Positions 25,484-38,100 of a stretch of 64,000 nucleotides of DNA are shown piece after piece (within the stretch, counting starts at the first letter, position 1; each line of letters begins with the position of its first letter). Location of the stretch: assembly GCF_009914755.1 (NCBI RefSeq), contig NC_060938.1; one strand, given 5' to 3'. The translations under genes were made by a program, and so were the position numbers. The notes under the pieces were generated by a model. It ran no database searches. It saw nothing but the letters and a program-made list of their open reading frames with translations, and had not been told where the DNA came from. Source of the DNA: the human T2T-CHM13v2.0 reference genome, Homo sapiens.

Positions 25484-28400
25484 CTGGGAATTAGAAGTTT
25501 TAGAAAGCAGAGGTGAAAAGAGAAAAAGGGAAAACAGAAATCAGTCAGCAGAATTTCATTATTTAGCTGCCTAACAGATCCTAACAAGAGCCAAATGAAG
25601 CAGGCGGCGTCCAGCCGCGCTACAGAGGGATCATCGCGCTGTTATGCTCTCATACATCACTGTCAACTTAATTTGTTGTGCCCAGCAGCCGCCATAAATC
25701 TGCTTCTTCATATTTCGATACTAGCACCCACAGACAACGCGCAAAACACAATTTAAGGTGGACCGACTTTACAAAAGGCAGGCACGCCTACGCGATGAGC
25801 ACTGGATCTAAGCAGAAACGCAGAGCCGCCCAAGCCAGGTCCATCCTGGCCCCGCTCTGCACCTCATGCCATGATGTACCGCACAGGCCTTCTGAGAGGG
25901 TTCAAATCCCATGTCAACAAAAGGAAAAATTAAAGGCACTCTAATCGGTTGAAAGCTCTTTCATTTCTCTCCGACTTAAGTCATTTCATGGGAATCAACT
26001 TGTTCGCACATGAATCATATACACGGCAAATGCGGATCAAGCACGGAAAATCAGGAGAAGTGCAGGTCTATGAGACTATAAAATAACTTGACAAACACAT
26101 AGGATAACGACAAAACAGATCAGCATATTTAAATTTTACTTCTTTCCTGGACAAAAGAACATTTGGTAAAAATACTAAAACTTCACTTTTATGAGAAAAT
26201 TATATAGATTTCATATTCTCTCTTCACCACGTCCTCCACTTTAGGCCTTTCAAGCACTTAAAAACTTTGTCTCAATTAAGAAATTAAAAGCTGTAATAGT
26301 ACAATTTGGATCTTCAGTTTCAATTACAGTCTGATAGACAGATTGTAGTAAGTGATCAAATGAACAAATGGTTATTTCTGAGATACAAATGAAATCCTGC
26401 TGAAGCCGGGTCTCCGCACCACTTTTAATGCAGGAAGCTCCATGTAGCCTGCAGTTTTCACTCGTGACGCATTGGCATCACAAGTGCACTGTAATTTATC
26501 ATCGCTCACTGTAATGTACTCGCTGGCACCCTACGCAGGACAGTAGGGGATGAGGTAAAAGTAGCTAAAACCGTAAATCAATTAGAAAACAAAAGCTTGT
26601 GCTCAGTGCGCAATTTTAGGCAAATTATGTATTACAAAAGGCTGCCAATTAAGTGTTAGTTTTGCTAAAGTTCCTTCACTTGCAATAAAATGAAACTTCG
26701 CATTACCCGATCAACTGGGAACTTTGCACATCCTGCCTGTTTTCATACTCTAGGAAGTGGGAAAGTGTTGTTTTTGTTATTTTTACGTATTTTAATTCAT
26801 TTAAACTGTAGAATTAAACTGTAGAAAGTTAGTAAGTTCCAATGCTAAATCTCTAAGTCTAAAAATTTGGAGCCCCCACTAAGAAGTCTGACTTATTAAA
26901 TGGCAGAAAAGATGACAATATTCAAAACTGGAATGCTAAATCTCAAAATGCTAAATCTAAAAATAACTTCAAGAGTCTTCTAACTCTCAAATTTCTTTAA
27001 GTAGCCTTGGACCCTACACAACTATCCAAACATGGGTGATCTCCATCAAGAGATGGAAAATTAACTCTTCAAAATGTTTCTCTTCCTGCTATTCATACAC
27101 ATTTCTTACCCAACATATAAGTCCATGCTCACAGTCCTGATGAAATCATTTAGGGAAAAAAAAAACACTCAAGAAAAAAATGTGTCACTGCATTCTTCAG
27201 ATTTTGAAGATCATTTTGGCTGCATGGTTACATAATATTTGCAGAATCTGTTAGAAATAGTTCTTATCTTCTTAAGAAATAGGGTGTACACACTGTACAT
27301 AAATCTGGTTAAAAAAAAGATTCTGCCACTGACACATGCACTTAACAGTGACACTAAAGCAAAATGTGACACTAACGGAGAAAGGAAATAACTCTCTCCA
27401 CAGAGCTCTCATTACTGTGACACTACTGCCACCTTCTGGCAACTTGGGAGAGTAGATTACAGTCGCAGAGTTCTTGATATTTCCCAGGGCAAGGCCTTTA
27501 AAGCAACTTACTGTAAACCAAAAACTGGGCTTATCAAAAACAGCTACTACTTCAGCTTTACCCAACTAAGATTTGGTTTCTAAAAAGAAAAATCTCTGCT
27601 GTCTCTAAAAACTATTATATAATAGTTTTATAAGAATCTTGAGACATTCAAATATCAAAAATATTCATAATTAAAAAATATTTAATTTTGAAAATAAATG
27701 GTTTTACTTATTCTGAAGAATTGAACAAGGATAAGACAAATGTCTATGCCAAACAATTTTCATTTAAGCTCAATGTATTAAAAACAAACAAAAAAAAACC
27801 TTTTTTCCCTGTTGAAGACCAAGTTAAAACACATCTTCCAAAAATTATTAATCTGAAGTTACTGGAAAGTTCCTAAAATATCCTTAGATGAAAATCTTTA
27901 AGCTCATACGTTATACAAAAGATAACTGAGCGTTCCTCACTTAATGAAGCAAAGTGGTGCTTATAAAGGTTTTGTTGATTACAATAGCCTTTTCACTAGA
28001 AGACATTCCTAGCTTGCACTTTTAAAATAAAAATATACAATTAAAACAGAAAACGTACTCTCTGCAGCCAATTGGTTTTAGCTTCCAAACCAATTGTAAC
28101 TGTAGATTCCAAGACACAGACACACATGGGATGGGTGAGGAGGGTCCCTGAGAAGCTTCTGCCTGCCACTGTCAGAAAGACGACAGTGAGAGGGCCTCTC
28201 AGGCATGGGGGGCCCAGCAGCAGCGGCAATGGGGTCTCCTGAAGCGCTACCTCCCCTCAGCCCACACCTCCCAGTAAATACAGGCGGAGAAACTAGCCAC
28301 GGATTTTCTCCAGATTTTTTAAGTGATTAATATTTTTACTTTCTTGAGCACAATAAATATATGAAGATGGAGAAATGAACCATTGCCGTGGCTCATAATC

Positions 28401-31046
28401 AGACCTGAAGCACTACAGAGCCAGGCAACCCAGGGACGCACTCTTCCCCTTCCCTCTTCCAGCAAAAGGAGGCATTCCATGTTGAGACACAGTAATATTG
28501 TACCGAGTACAAAATAATCACTACGTTTGGGAAAGATTAATATCTAAAATTGTTTGTTCGGCTTCAATAAAAAAGAGCAATATTGCTAAATATGTAAGTA
28601 TGACATTTTGAAGAATTTACCATATTGCATGGGTCTGGTAGCTATGCTTAAGGAAATTAAAAACCACTACAGTCAGCATATTTGATCCTTATTAAAGTTC
28701 CGTCTTGAACTATCACTCACATAAAACAAAAATAAACCAAGAAGAAATTTAAATAAAACCTATGGATTATAAGTGTTTGAAGATGAAAAAATGAACAATA
28801 TTCCGGCTTTAAAAAATTGATTTAGCATGCAGCTTCTCTTTATAGTCCCTTGATAAAAATGAAATCTCCCTAACAAACACTTAATAAAACCTGTCGATAT
28901 CTCTGGAAAGAAAAATGACACAGATGCATTAAGTATTAAATACCCTTGGAAAAAGTCACATATTCCATGAATTTTTGATGTACTATCTTGACATTAATGT
29001 AAAACCTTGATATTTATAATTGACAGATATTTAATAAAGTATAAAAGAAGATGGCTGCTGTGCAGCATGCAAATGTTCCAGGGTGATCAGAAATGAGAGA
29101 TACAGACATGCACTTAAACTAAACAAACAGTTAATATGTGTTACACAAATCAGCTGCAGGCTTATTTTAAGCTCATACAACAAACCTTTGTGGAGAACCA
29201 AAATAAGCAGAATTCATTATTATGTGAATCCCTAATTCAGAAACATCTAGTACGTGAAACAGCTTTGAAACATTAACAGCTCTGCACAGGAACAAAATAC
29301 ATTTGCGTTAAGGTTTTTTTGTTTTTCATGTTTTTCAAACATTTAACAATAAGCATTTTTAAAATAAAAGTATTTCCATAAATACATGGAGAGGTGTTTC
29401 CTAAAACAATTCTCAAAAGGCCATATTTAACCTAAAGAATCAAAATGCTCTGAAGAAAAAAATATATTAGAACACACAAATGGCCTCTAAGACACAAACA
29501 TTTCCCAAAATCAGATATTTACTTTTCTAAAGAATATTCTTCTCTACCCAGACTGATTTTTACTTAAAGAAAAACAAGTTGAACATATTAATCACCTTCA
29601 ATGAGGCATTTAACTATACAAAAAGGAAAGTTGCTCATAGAAATGACTCTTCTAAATACTGTATGTTAAAGAATTTACATCCTGCCATAATGCAAAATTA
29701 TTAATTTCAAATATATTTATGGAAGAATTCAGTGACTCTGCCCTGTTTGATGACTATAGTATCAGAAATGACAAAATATAATTTAGAAGTTGCACCTAGC
29801 TTGTTCTGATAAAAAAACCATAATGCCATGCAATTAAATTTTTCTGACTAAAATCCAGCTGGATCTTGTTTTGCTTCACTCCTTAAGCATACATTAAAAG
29901 AGATAGTCAGGGACTATCTCTTTTAATTAGTCAGGGACTAATTAGCCAGGAACAGACACACCTAACTCACGTGATGGTTTCATTTTCCTTCCTTCTGCAA
30001 GGATGAGATCAGTCACAAACTCTCACATTTGGCCTTTTAGGGTGGATGCAATTTTGCAAGTTTCAGAAATGTGACCCTATCTCACATAACCAAGAGATCT
30101 CTGGTCTGACAAATTCCTGGGCAGGACAGCCTGTGGCATCCTCCCTAGGCCCACTGTGGATCCATGGCCTCAGCAAATACATGTGCTTTGTAAAAATTGA
30201 GAAAGCAGAGGTGCAAAAGACAGCTCCATCGGCCCATCCTATAGGCCTATAGAGACCCCCTTCCTCTTCAAAGCAATACTGCACCAATCAGAGAGAGAAT
30301 GGGAGCAGAGAGAGAGTAAGAAGATGGACATCCCCAGAAGGAAACAGAGTGAGGAGAAATGGGAGAAGATAAACAAAAAGAAGAAAGCTGAATATTGGAA
30401 AGATGGAAAAGATGGCAGGCAGGAGAAAAATTTACACTAAATACCTTGAGGTTTCCCCTTTCCACCCCCAAATGCAGGCTCATAAGCAGCAGCATGCAAG
30501 ACAGCGAGTTTCTAGAAGGCTGATCAACCCGTCTTCTAAGTGGATATAATACAGTTGAACAGAATGACAAATTGCAAAGTATCTCTTGAATTGAAAATTT
30601 AGTTTTGATGACCATAAATCAGAATCAAAACATGGTTCACATGTTCAGCTCTTGAGGGAAAAAAATCAATTTTTAAGACTTTTATTTTTAAGCACAGATT
30701 ATATCCAACTCTTCAGGGAATTTTTCATCATAAAGTTCTTTGAATTCACTTGATATGATGAAATAAAAATTTAAATACATCAATACACACTGAATTAAGA
30801 TTTTCTGCCTTTCGCTTATATATAATTTTTCTATGACAAATGTGTATTACCTTATAATTTAAAAAACTTAAATTAAGAAAATGAAATTAGTGGAGAAATA
30901 ACATTGTTCAATAAATTTATAAAATTATGATGGAAGAACTTTTTCTCCCATTGGAAGACAATGAATGTATAATCTACATCCAGTTAAATTTAATTAAAAT
31001 TTGTTGAAACATGGCAAAAGATACGTCTGTTTAAAAACCTTTTTAT

Positions 31047-31378
<332 letters not shown>

Positions 31379-33179
31379 CTATGATGGGCAACCAATTATG
31401 AACCAAATTTAGTGATAATCAATCAATATTTTTGATCATCAATTACTCAACAAATATTTATTGACTTAGAAAAAAAGATGAAGATAGGTTAAGACTAGAA
31501 ATTCATTCATTCAACACATACTTCATTTCCTGAGCACCTCCGAAGTGGAAGGCACTGTACATCACTGATATCATTAGGGGGTACTGCCTAGCAGTGAAGA
31601 CAGATAAGTGACCAAAAAACCACAAAAGGACGGTAGGCAAGGTCATGCAAATCCCTCTTCTTCCGGGCCACCTTCTCCAATCTCCAGGTCCCTGTTGATC
31701 CTCCTGCCCTGTTCCTGCCTTTCCCACGCTGGCCTCAGTCTGCCCCTCACAACTGCATGCGCTGTGGCCATTTGATTAGCATCTCTTCCCCTCCAGTCCC
31801 CACAGGCAGGCTCAGCAAGGCAGGGACCATGTCTTCTTTGACCCCCTGTGAGTCCCCAGTGCCTTGCTCAGTGCCTCATTCAAAGAATTCCTCTTCTTTT
31901 TTAAAATTTTAAAATTTATTTTTAACTACACCTGCTGGAATGGGACAAAAAAATCTTCTTTCTCCAAGTGACAAGATACACTTCTACTCTTTTTCCTGGG
32001 ACAGCGGAGGAAAGCTATGACTCCAAAGGTGCTGCTGAGAGGCTGCACCAGGGACTGGCAACCCCAGGGGAATCTGATCTCCACATTCCTCTTCAGAAAG
32101 CTCCAGCCCATGTGGGCACCCCTGCCACACCAAGGCAGTGACCATAGGCTTCAAAAAACACAGCTTTCCACATCCTTCTATCCTATGTTCCCTCTTATGA
32201 ACAGAATATTCTTCTACCATCTAGGGGCCAGAGAATCTTCTCATTTTTTTCCCCAAATCTCTCTTTAAACACATTTGAGAAAGCTCTATTCTAAGAATCC
32301 AAAGAGAAACAACAACAGAGATCAAGCCCACCAGTCCTCTGTACCAAATGGTCACCAAATCTCGCCCCACCCCCAACTCACCCCGAACATGTAGCACACA
32401 CCCTTCGAAGAGGTGAGGCTGGGAACCTGCCAGGTCATCCAAGCATGCTGCCCAACCACTTGTGCTGCCATTTCCTCACTGGAAAAAGCCAGGCGAGGGC
32501 GGGGGGGGGGGGGGGTGGGGGTGGGTGGGAGGTGCAGACAAGCTACTGCTGTCTTCTTTAAAGACAGTAAATCTTTCGTTTCTTTGCCTTTTGACACTAC
32601 CTGTCTCCCCACCCCCACCCCCAACATCTCAATCTGCTGACTGACTTAAGGACTCTAAACGATGACCAAGCCTCATTCTCTGGTCTGCAAAAAGTCAACT
32701 CCACCAATCGATCAATGCTTATTCAAAAGATATATATACTTCCAACTCCTCCATCTTATTAAAGAAACTAGAAATAAACAGAACGGTAAAAAGTTATTAT
32801 TTTATAAGCAGGCTAGAGTGTATCAAAAAAGCAGGCTAGAATTATGTATTATCACCAGTTTCATAATATATTGTTTTAGTTTTAATTTCAGCAATTTTGG
32901 GTTTCAATAATTCAGGATAACTACGTTGGACTCTGTTTAAATGAGTCAATCTAGTATGATCAGTCATTTACAAGAGTAGTTGTAATCAGTAGTAGTAATC
33001 AGTCATTTACAAGAGAATGTTAGGACCACCATAATGAAACCAACTTCCTTTATAAGGTAACTGACATTCAGAATATGTAGATAAACTCCTGTCCTAGAAA
33101 GGTATGACCTCAGCTTGGTATATAAGAAAGCTCTCTGTCATCTCCATGAGAAACAGTGGGAGAGGGAGACAGACACTAG

Positions 33180-33380
33180 CAGTCATCATTTGCTGAGCGC
33201 TCTGTGCCGGGCACTCTATCGAGAACTCTATGTGCATATAATTTAATCATCTCAATTCCTATGAAATGGCACTTATTAGCCTCATTCTACAGATGAGGAA
33301 ACTGAGGGAGACAGACATTAAAAGCGTACCCAAGTTTACCCAGTTAATAAATGATGAGGCTAGGCAACAATCCAGACAAG
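33180..33380 (-). mobile_element. MIR
   Basis: cattctacagatgaggaaactgagg core. Confidence 0.75.
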
Positions 33381-35135
33381 AGTTTTCTGGAGTTTACTTC
33401 AAGGCAGAGGATATCTAGTTGTCCTACTTTTATAAATAGTCTTATAAAGTCTAATAAAATCAATATATTTTTGCTTGGTGAAATTCCAGAAAAATGCTTG
33501 GTAAATACTGTTCTCATTTAAAATTCACCATAGAGGTATTATAAAAGGCATTATGAAGTTTAAAGGCAGGCAACATTAGCAAAACTAAGACAGTGAGTCT
33601 ATTATTTCCCGCACCATCAGAAAGAATACCATGTTTAGCTGTTAAGTCTTCGGTCATAAAATCTCAGCCCTGGATGGTAACTTAGATTACCTGGTCTAAT
33701 TCTGTTCACCATGCACATGAAGAAGTTTGGACCAGAAAACATATGTATCAAATACATGTATGAGAGAGGTCATATTTGGCATTTTCTTCACTAGAATGAT
33801 GCCACATCGATGTCCCAACAATTTCCAATATTCCATCATCTGGAATTCTATCATTTTTCTGATAACTCTTAACAGCCTCAAAGACACCCCACAGCTTTGC
33901 CAATCATTAAACCACTATATCAAGTTATTATACTAGCATTATCTTTTTGGCTACTTTCAACTCTCCTTATTGTCATGTTGTTAGGGAAATGAACTTTGGT
34001 CCCTTAAACATTCTGCTTTTAAGCCTAAAGGAAGTTGAGTAGTCTATGAGGAGCTCATGAGGAATGAGCTCTAGGGGTGCACCACAGAATCTGAGAACCC
34101 TTCTCTGTAGACTGTTGGGGTTCTAACAAAGACAAGCCAAATCCTGATGTAATAAGTCAATCCCACTGATTTAGGAGGACTGCCACAATTGACTGAGCCT
34201 GAGACAGCCACATTCTCAAAGAGCACCATCTAAATCCACACATCACATACACTGCCTTGTCACCAGCTGCCAGGAGTTTACTTAGGTAAATCTCACTGAT
34301 AACAAAATCTAAGGTAAAGGTCCCCACTGTACCATACCGGGCTGCTGGTCACAAAGGAGGGAAGTGGGGATGTAGGGAAGAAAACACAGCTCAAAAACCC
34401 TTCCCCCATCAAAGGCTCAGTGTGCGGCTCTGTGGAGCCCCGCGGCCCCCAAGGCGCCTGGGGACAGAGGGTTTGTGGACACCAGCAAGTCGCAGATGCA
34501 CTGGCTCTGCTCCTCCACCTCAGGAAGCTCAGTTACTTGAGGGAAGCAGTTTCCAGTTATTCATATTCCCTCCTTTTCTCTATTCCCCACGCTCAAAGAT
34601 TGTTCAAAAGGTACCAATCAAAGAGAAAATCCGCAACACTGTCCCTGGGTTGTTCTAGATACAGCCAAATTACTGTTCTCACCTACAGCAGGGAGGTGTA
34701 AAGGCCTTTCAGAGGGAAGTAACAAAACTTCTTTGTTTATAATATACAGTCACTGAGAAAGAGCTATAGCTCTCAAAATCTAAGTAACCCTTTTTTGTAT
34801 CCTCTGAGAAGGGAACCCTCAAACATATTACCCTGAAATTTGACAAATAAAATGAATATTTTAACATTACTAGTAAAATGTCCCATTAAAACGGCAACGA
34901 ACTGAATTATAGGATTATAATTTATTAGAATCAAAATAGAATGGTATTATAGTAAGTCAAGACACTTGAATAACCAAACATAATTTAAAATCTCCATACC
35001 TTTGGGTAGAGTACCTGAGAGGTTTGTTATTAAGCAAAACTATTTCATATTATCTTCAGTTGATTTTTTTTAATTGCCTTTCTCATTTCATTAGGAGTCC
35101 AAAATAGATACCAGAAGGCTCTTAAGCACTGTTAT

Positions 35136-35137
<2 letters not shown>

Positions 35138-35183
<46 letters not shown>
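35138..35183. repeat. Pure A46 homopolymer
   Basis: Directly visible; no adjacent Alu or L1 body recognised. Confidence 0.97.
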
Positions 35184-35187
<4 letters not shown>

Positions 35188-37857
35188 AGGCACTAAGATG
35201 CCATCAGTACTTGCTATTTCTCCATTAGCATTAAGATATGTTAGAAAAAAAGTCATTCACAGTACTTCCATAAGTACTGTTAAAGGTACACTCTGTCTTA
35301 AACTGAACAGGGTAAAATCTGGAAGAACAAAGAAGCAAGGCCAAATCACACAGAGTGCACCCACCTGTACCTGGTTTCTCTTATGAGAACGGCCAAGGGA
35401 TATCCAAGTAGCACAAGTTAGAAAATTCAAGTCTGATTACTTCCTTTTTCATAAAAATCATACTTTGCCTTATATTTTCTTCATTAAATGCTCTACTGAT
35501 CAATAGTGGTAAAATGGATTTCACTCTCTTTTTTTTTTTTCCAGAGGAAATACTATCTCACATTGTTAAGAATGATACCATTTTGTTGGAGCATTCAATT
35601 TCTGGAAACAAATTTTCAATGAAAGAATAGTTTAATCAGTGCAGATCTTTTAAGCACTACCTAGAAAACAGGTAATTATTAAATTGTCCACCTGGAATAG
35701 AATGCAGGAAATCCAATAGACTGACTTAAGCTATCTTTTACTATAAGATGTTTGACTATAGTCATAGATGAGAAAAGACTTCAGAATTGGGTTTTGAAAT
35801 CCAGGTCAGCTGACTCCCAACTCGGAGCCCAGAAACTTGGAGAGCTCTTACATTCGGGGGACAGGAATGGTAGGGTCAGAAAAGCCTGGAGATTCAGAAG
35901 AGCAGGAAGAACGAAGCAGGAACGTGGGGAGGATGAGGGGACTGGGCAGGGAAAGAAGCCAGACCCCAGGCCCTCCCAGAGGGCATCACACTTCAGGGCG
36001 GGGAGAGCCAGGCTGCTGGGGCTGGAAGAACTCTCAGTGTGGAATGTTCTTGATAAATGTTGTGATTAAAGGTGGAAGACAGACAGGACATCATCTCAAA
36101 GGCATGGGGGCTGTCTGTAAACCAAGGGGATAAAGCCAGGACAGAAAGAAAGAGTGAAAACACAGGGCCAATGTCGCTGAGCTCCTGACCTGAGTTCCTG
36201 ACCAGGCCCCAGGGCTTCCCTTAGCTCTAAGGGGGGTCCCTTCCTCAGAGGGAGGGGAGGAGAGGAGGACATAAGAAACCCAGGTGGAGACAAAAGGAAA
36301 GGAAGTTCTTGTCACATGGTCTCAGTTTTCTCAGCAGTGCAGGGATGAGGGGAGCCCAGGAAGAGCTGAGACACAGAGACCCTGAATCTGTACCCAGGGA
36401 AGTGAGAGAGAAGCCGGTAAGACACAACTGTGCCTTTCTCCAGGCAGGAAGGAGACTCACCGGCCAGGCTGAGAAGGCTAGACTCACCTTGCACTAACTG
36501 TTATGGCACCTGGAAACTTCACAACACTCAGCACCCGGGAGCAGAAGCTGAGAAAGGGGATGGTGGGGAGGACACGGGGCTTCGGAGGGTGCCCTATAGA
36601 ACAGGAGGGATGAGGCAGTCCAGAGGGAGGGCTGATGGACTAAATCACAGCAAACCAGTTTCACTTCTCCCTACTTCTTTTAAATTAAACTGCACCAGAC
36701 CAAAAGAAACAGGACTATAAATAATAATGGTTAATTTATGCACTGGCACACAAAATAACACTCTAGCAGGTTTGCTGAACTAAGGAGTCCTACCCTCTAC
36801 AAGATGGTTAGCCAACTATCTTGCCAAAGTCAGAGGTTCAAGGAGGAACTCCGCCATCCACGTGCACACCTTGGTATTTAACTCTCCTAGAGTAGGAGCC
36901 ACAAGGGGTTAGGCGCATGCAAGAACACGAAAGGCCTGCCAGCGGGCACTGGGAGCTGCCGTGTGGCCCAGCAGAGCCAAGTGGTTAGAGCACCTGCCTG
37001 GCATCTAGCCCTGCAAAGCCCAGCGCCAGCTCTGAACCTGGAAGACCTGGAGCAAGTGCCTAAGGTTTCTGTGCTCAGTGGAACATTCTCAGCAAACAGT
37101 AAGCAGTCAGTAGGCGTCAGCTGTTATTAGTCTTTAGTTTCTGCCATAATCGCTTTGTACACGGCAGGTGCAGAAGGGATTATCTCGCTCTAAGCAAGGC
37201 ACTGGCAGATGCCTAGAAATGGACCTCCATTTAAGTGTCAGAAAATAGCAATCCAGCTACCTCTTTTGCAAGAAACATAAGACAATGTGGAGTTTAGATT
37301 TAGCCTCCAATTACTCAGGCTGTAAAGATGGTACAGAAGAGAATCTCTTCTTAAGCACTTAATGAATCTACTGCAAAAAGAAAAAAATCTGTTTTCCCAT
37401 CTGTACTTCCAGACATATATAATAAAGTGACATTTTCCAACATAGGTTTTTCCAGATCATTAGCTTTGTCAGTTAAGACTCTATGCTCAGCAAAATGACC
37501 ATTATTTTTCCTATTTACCTTTTAATTTCTAAAAAAAACAAGCTGTTGTATTAACCTAGAGGTAATCTTAGATTATTAATCCCTAAAAAAAACTTGATGT
37601 GGAAAACAGTTCAAACCCTCCTCCCCCAAACATACACATTTTCACAACTTTCCAGACTGGAATAATAATCCAATTATTGGAATAATCCGCCCCCCCATCC
37701 ACTTAGCCAAATCCTAAGACAAGGTTTAAGATTCCTTTGCCTTCAAATCTACATATGACCTCCAGTGACCTCTAAATGTCTAACCCATGCAGTCTACAAA
37801 ATACCACGTAGCACTCTGGTTTATGCCACGTGAAATTGCTCCTGAGTTGTTTCATGG

Positions 37858-38100
37858 ATTTCATTCATTCATTCACTCATTCAACAAATATTCACAGCAC
37901 CCACTCTGAGTGAAGTGGAAAAGCAGGGAGCAAGACAGACCTGGCTTCTGCCCTCACAGATCTTCCTGTCTGCTGGATGGTGGACACTGACAAATAGTCA
38001 CAAACAGGAAGGAAGCAACAACAGGGAACAGGTGCTGGGGTGTGCAGAGCACGGAAAGCAGCAGAGCAGCTGAGGCCTGAATGTGGGGAGAGGGCGGAAG
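37858..38100 (-). mobile_element. L2 3' end fragment
   Basis: tcattcattcattcactcattcaacaaata...ctgccctcacagatcttcc. Confidence 0.75.
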
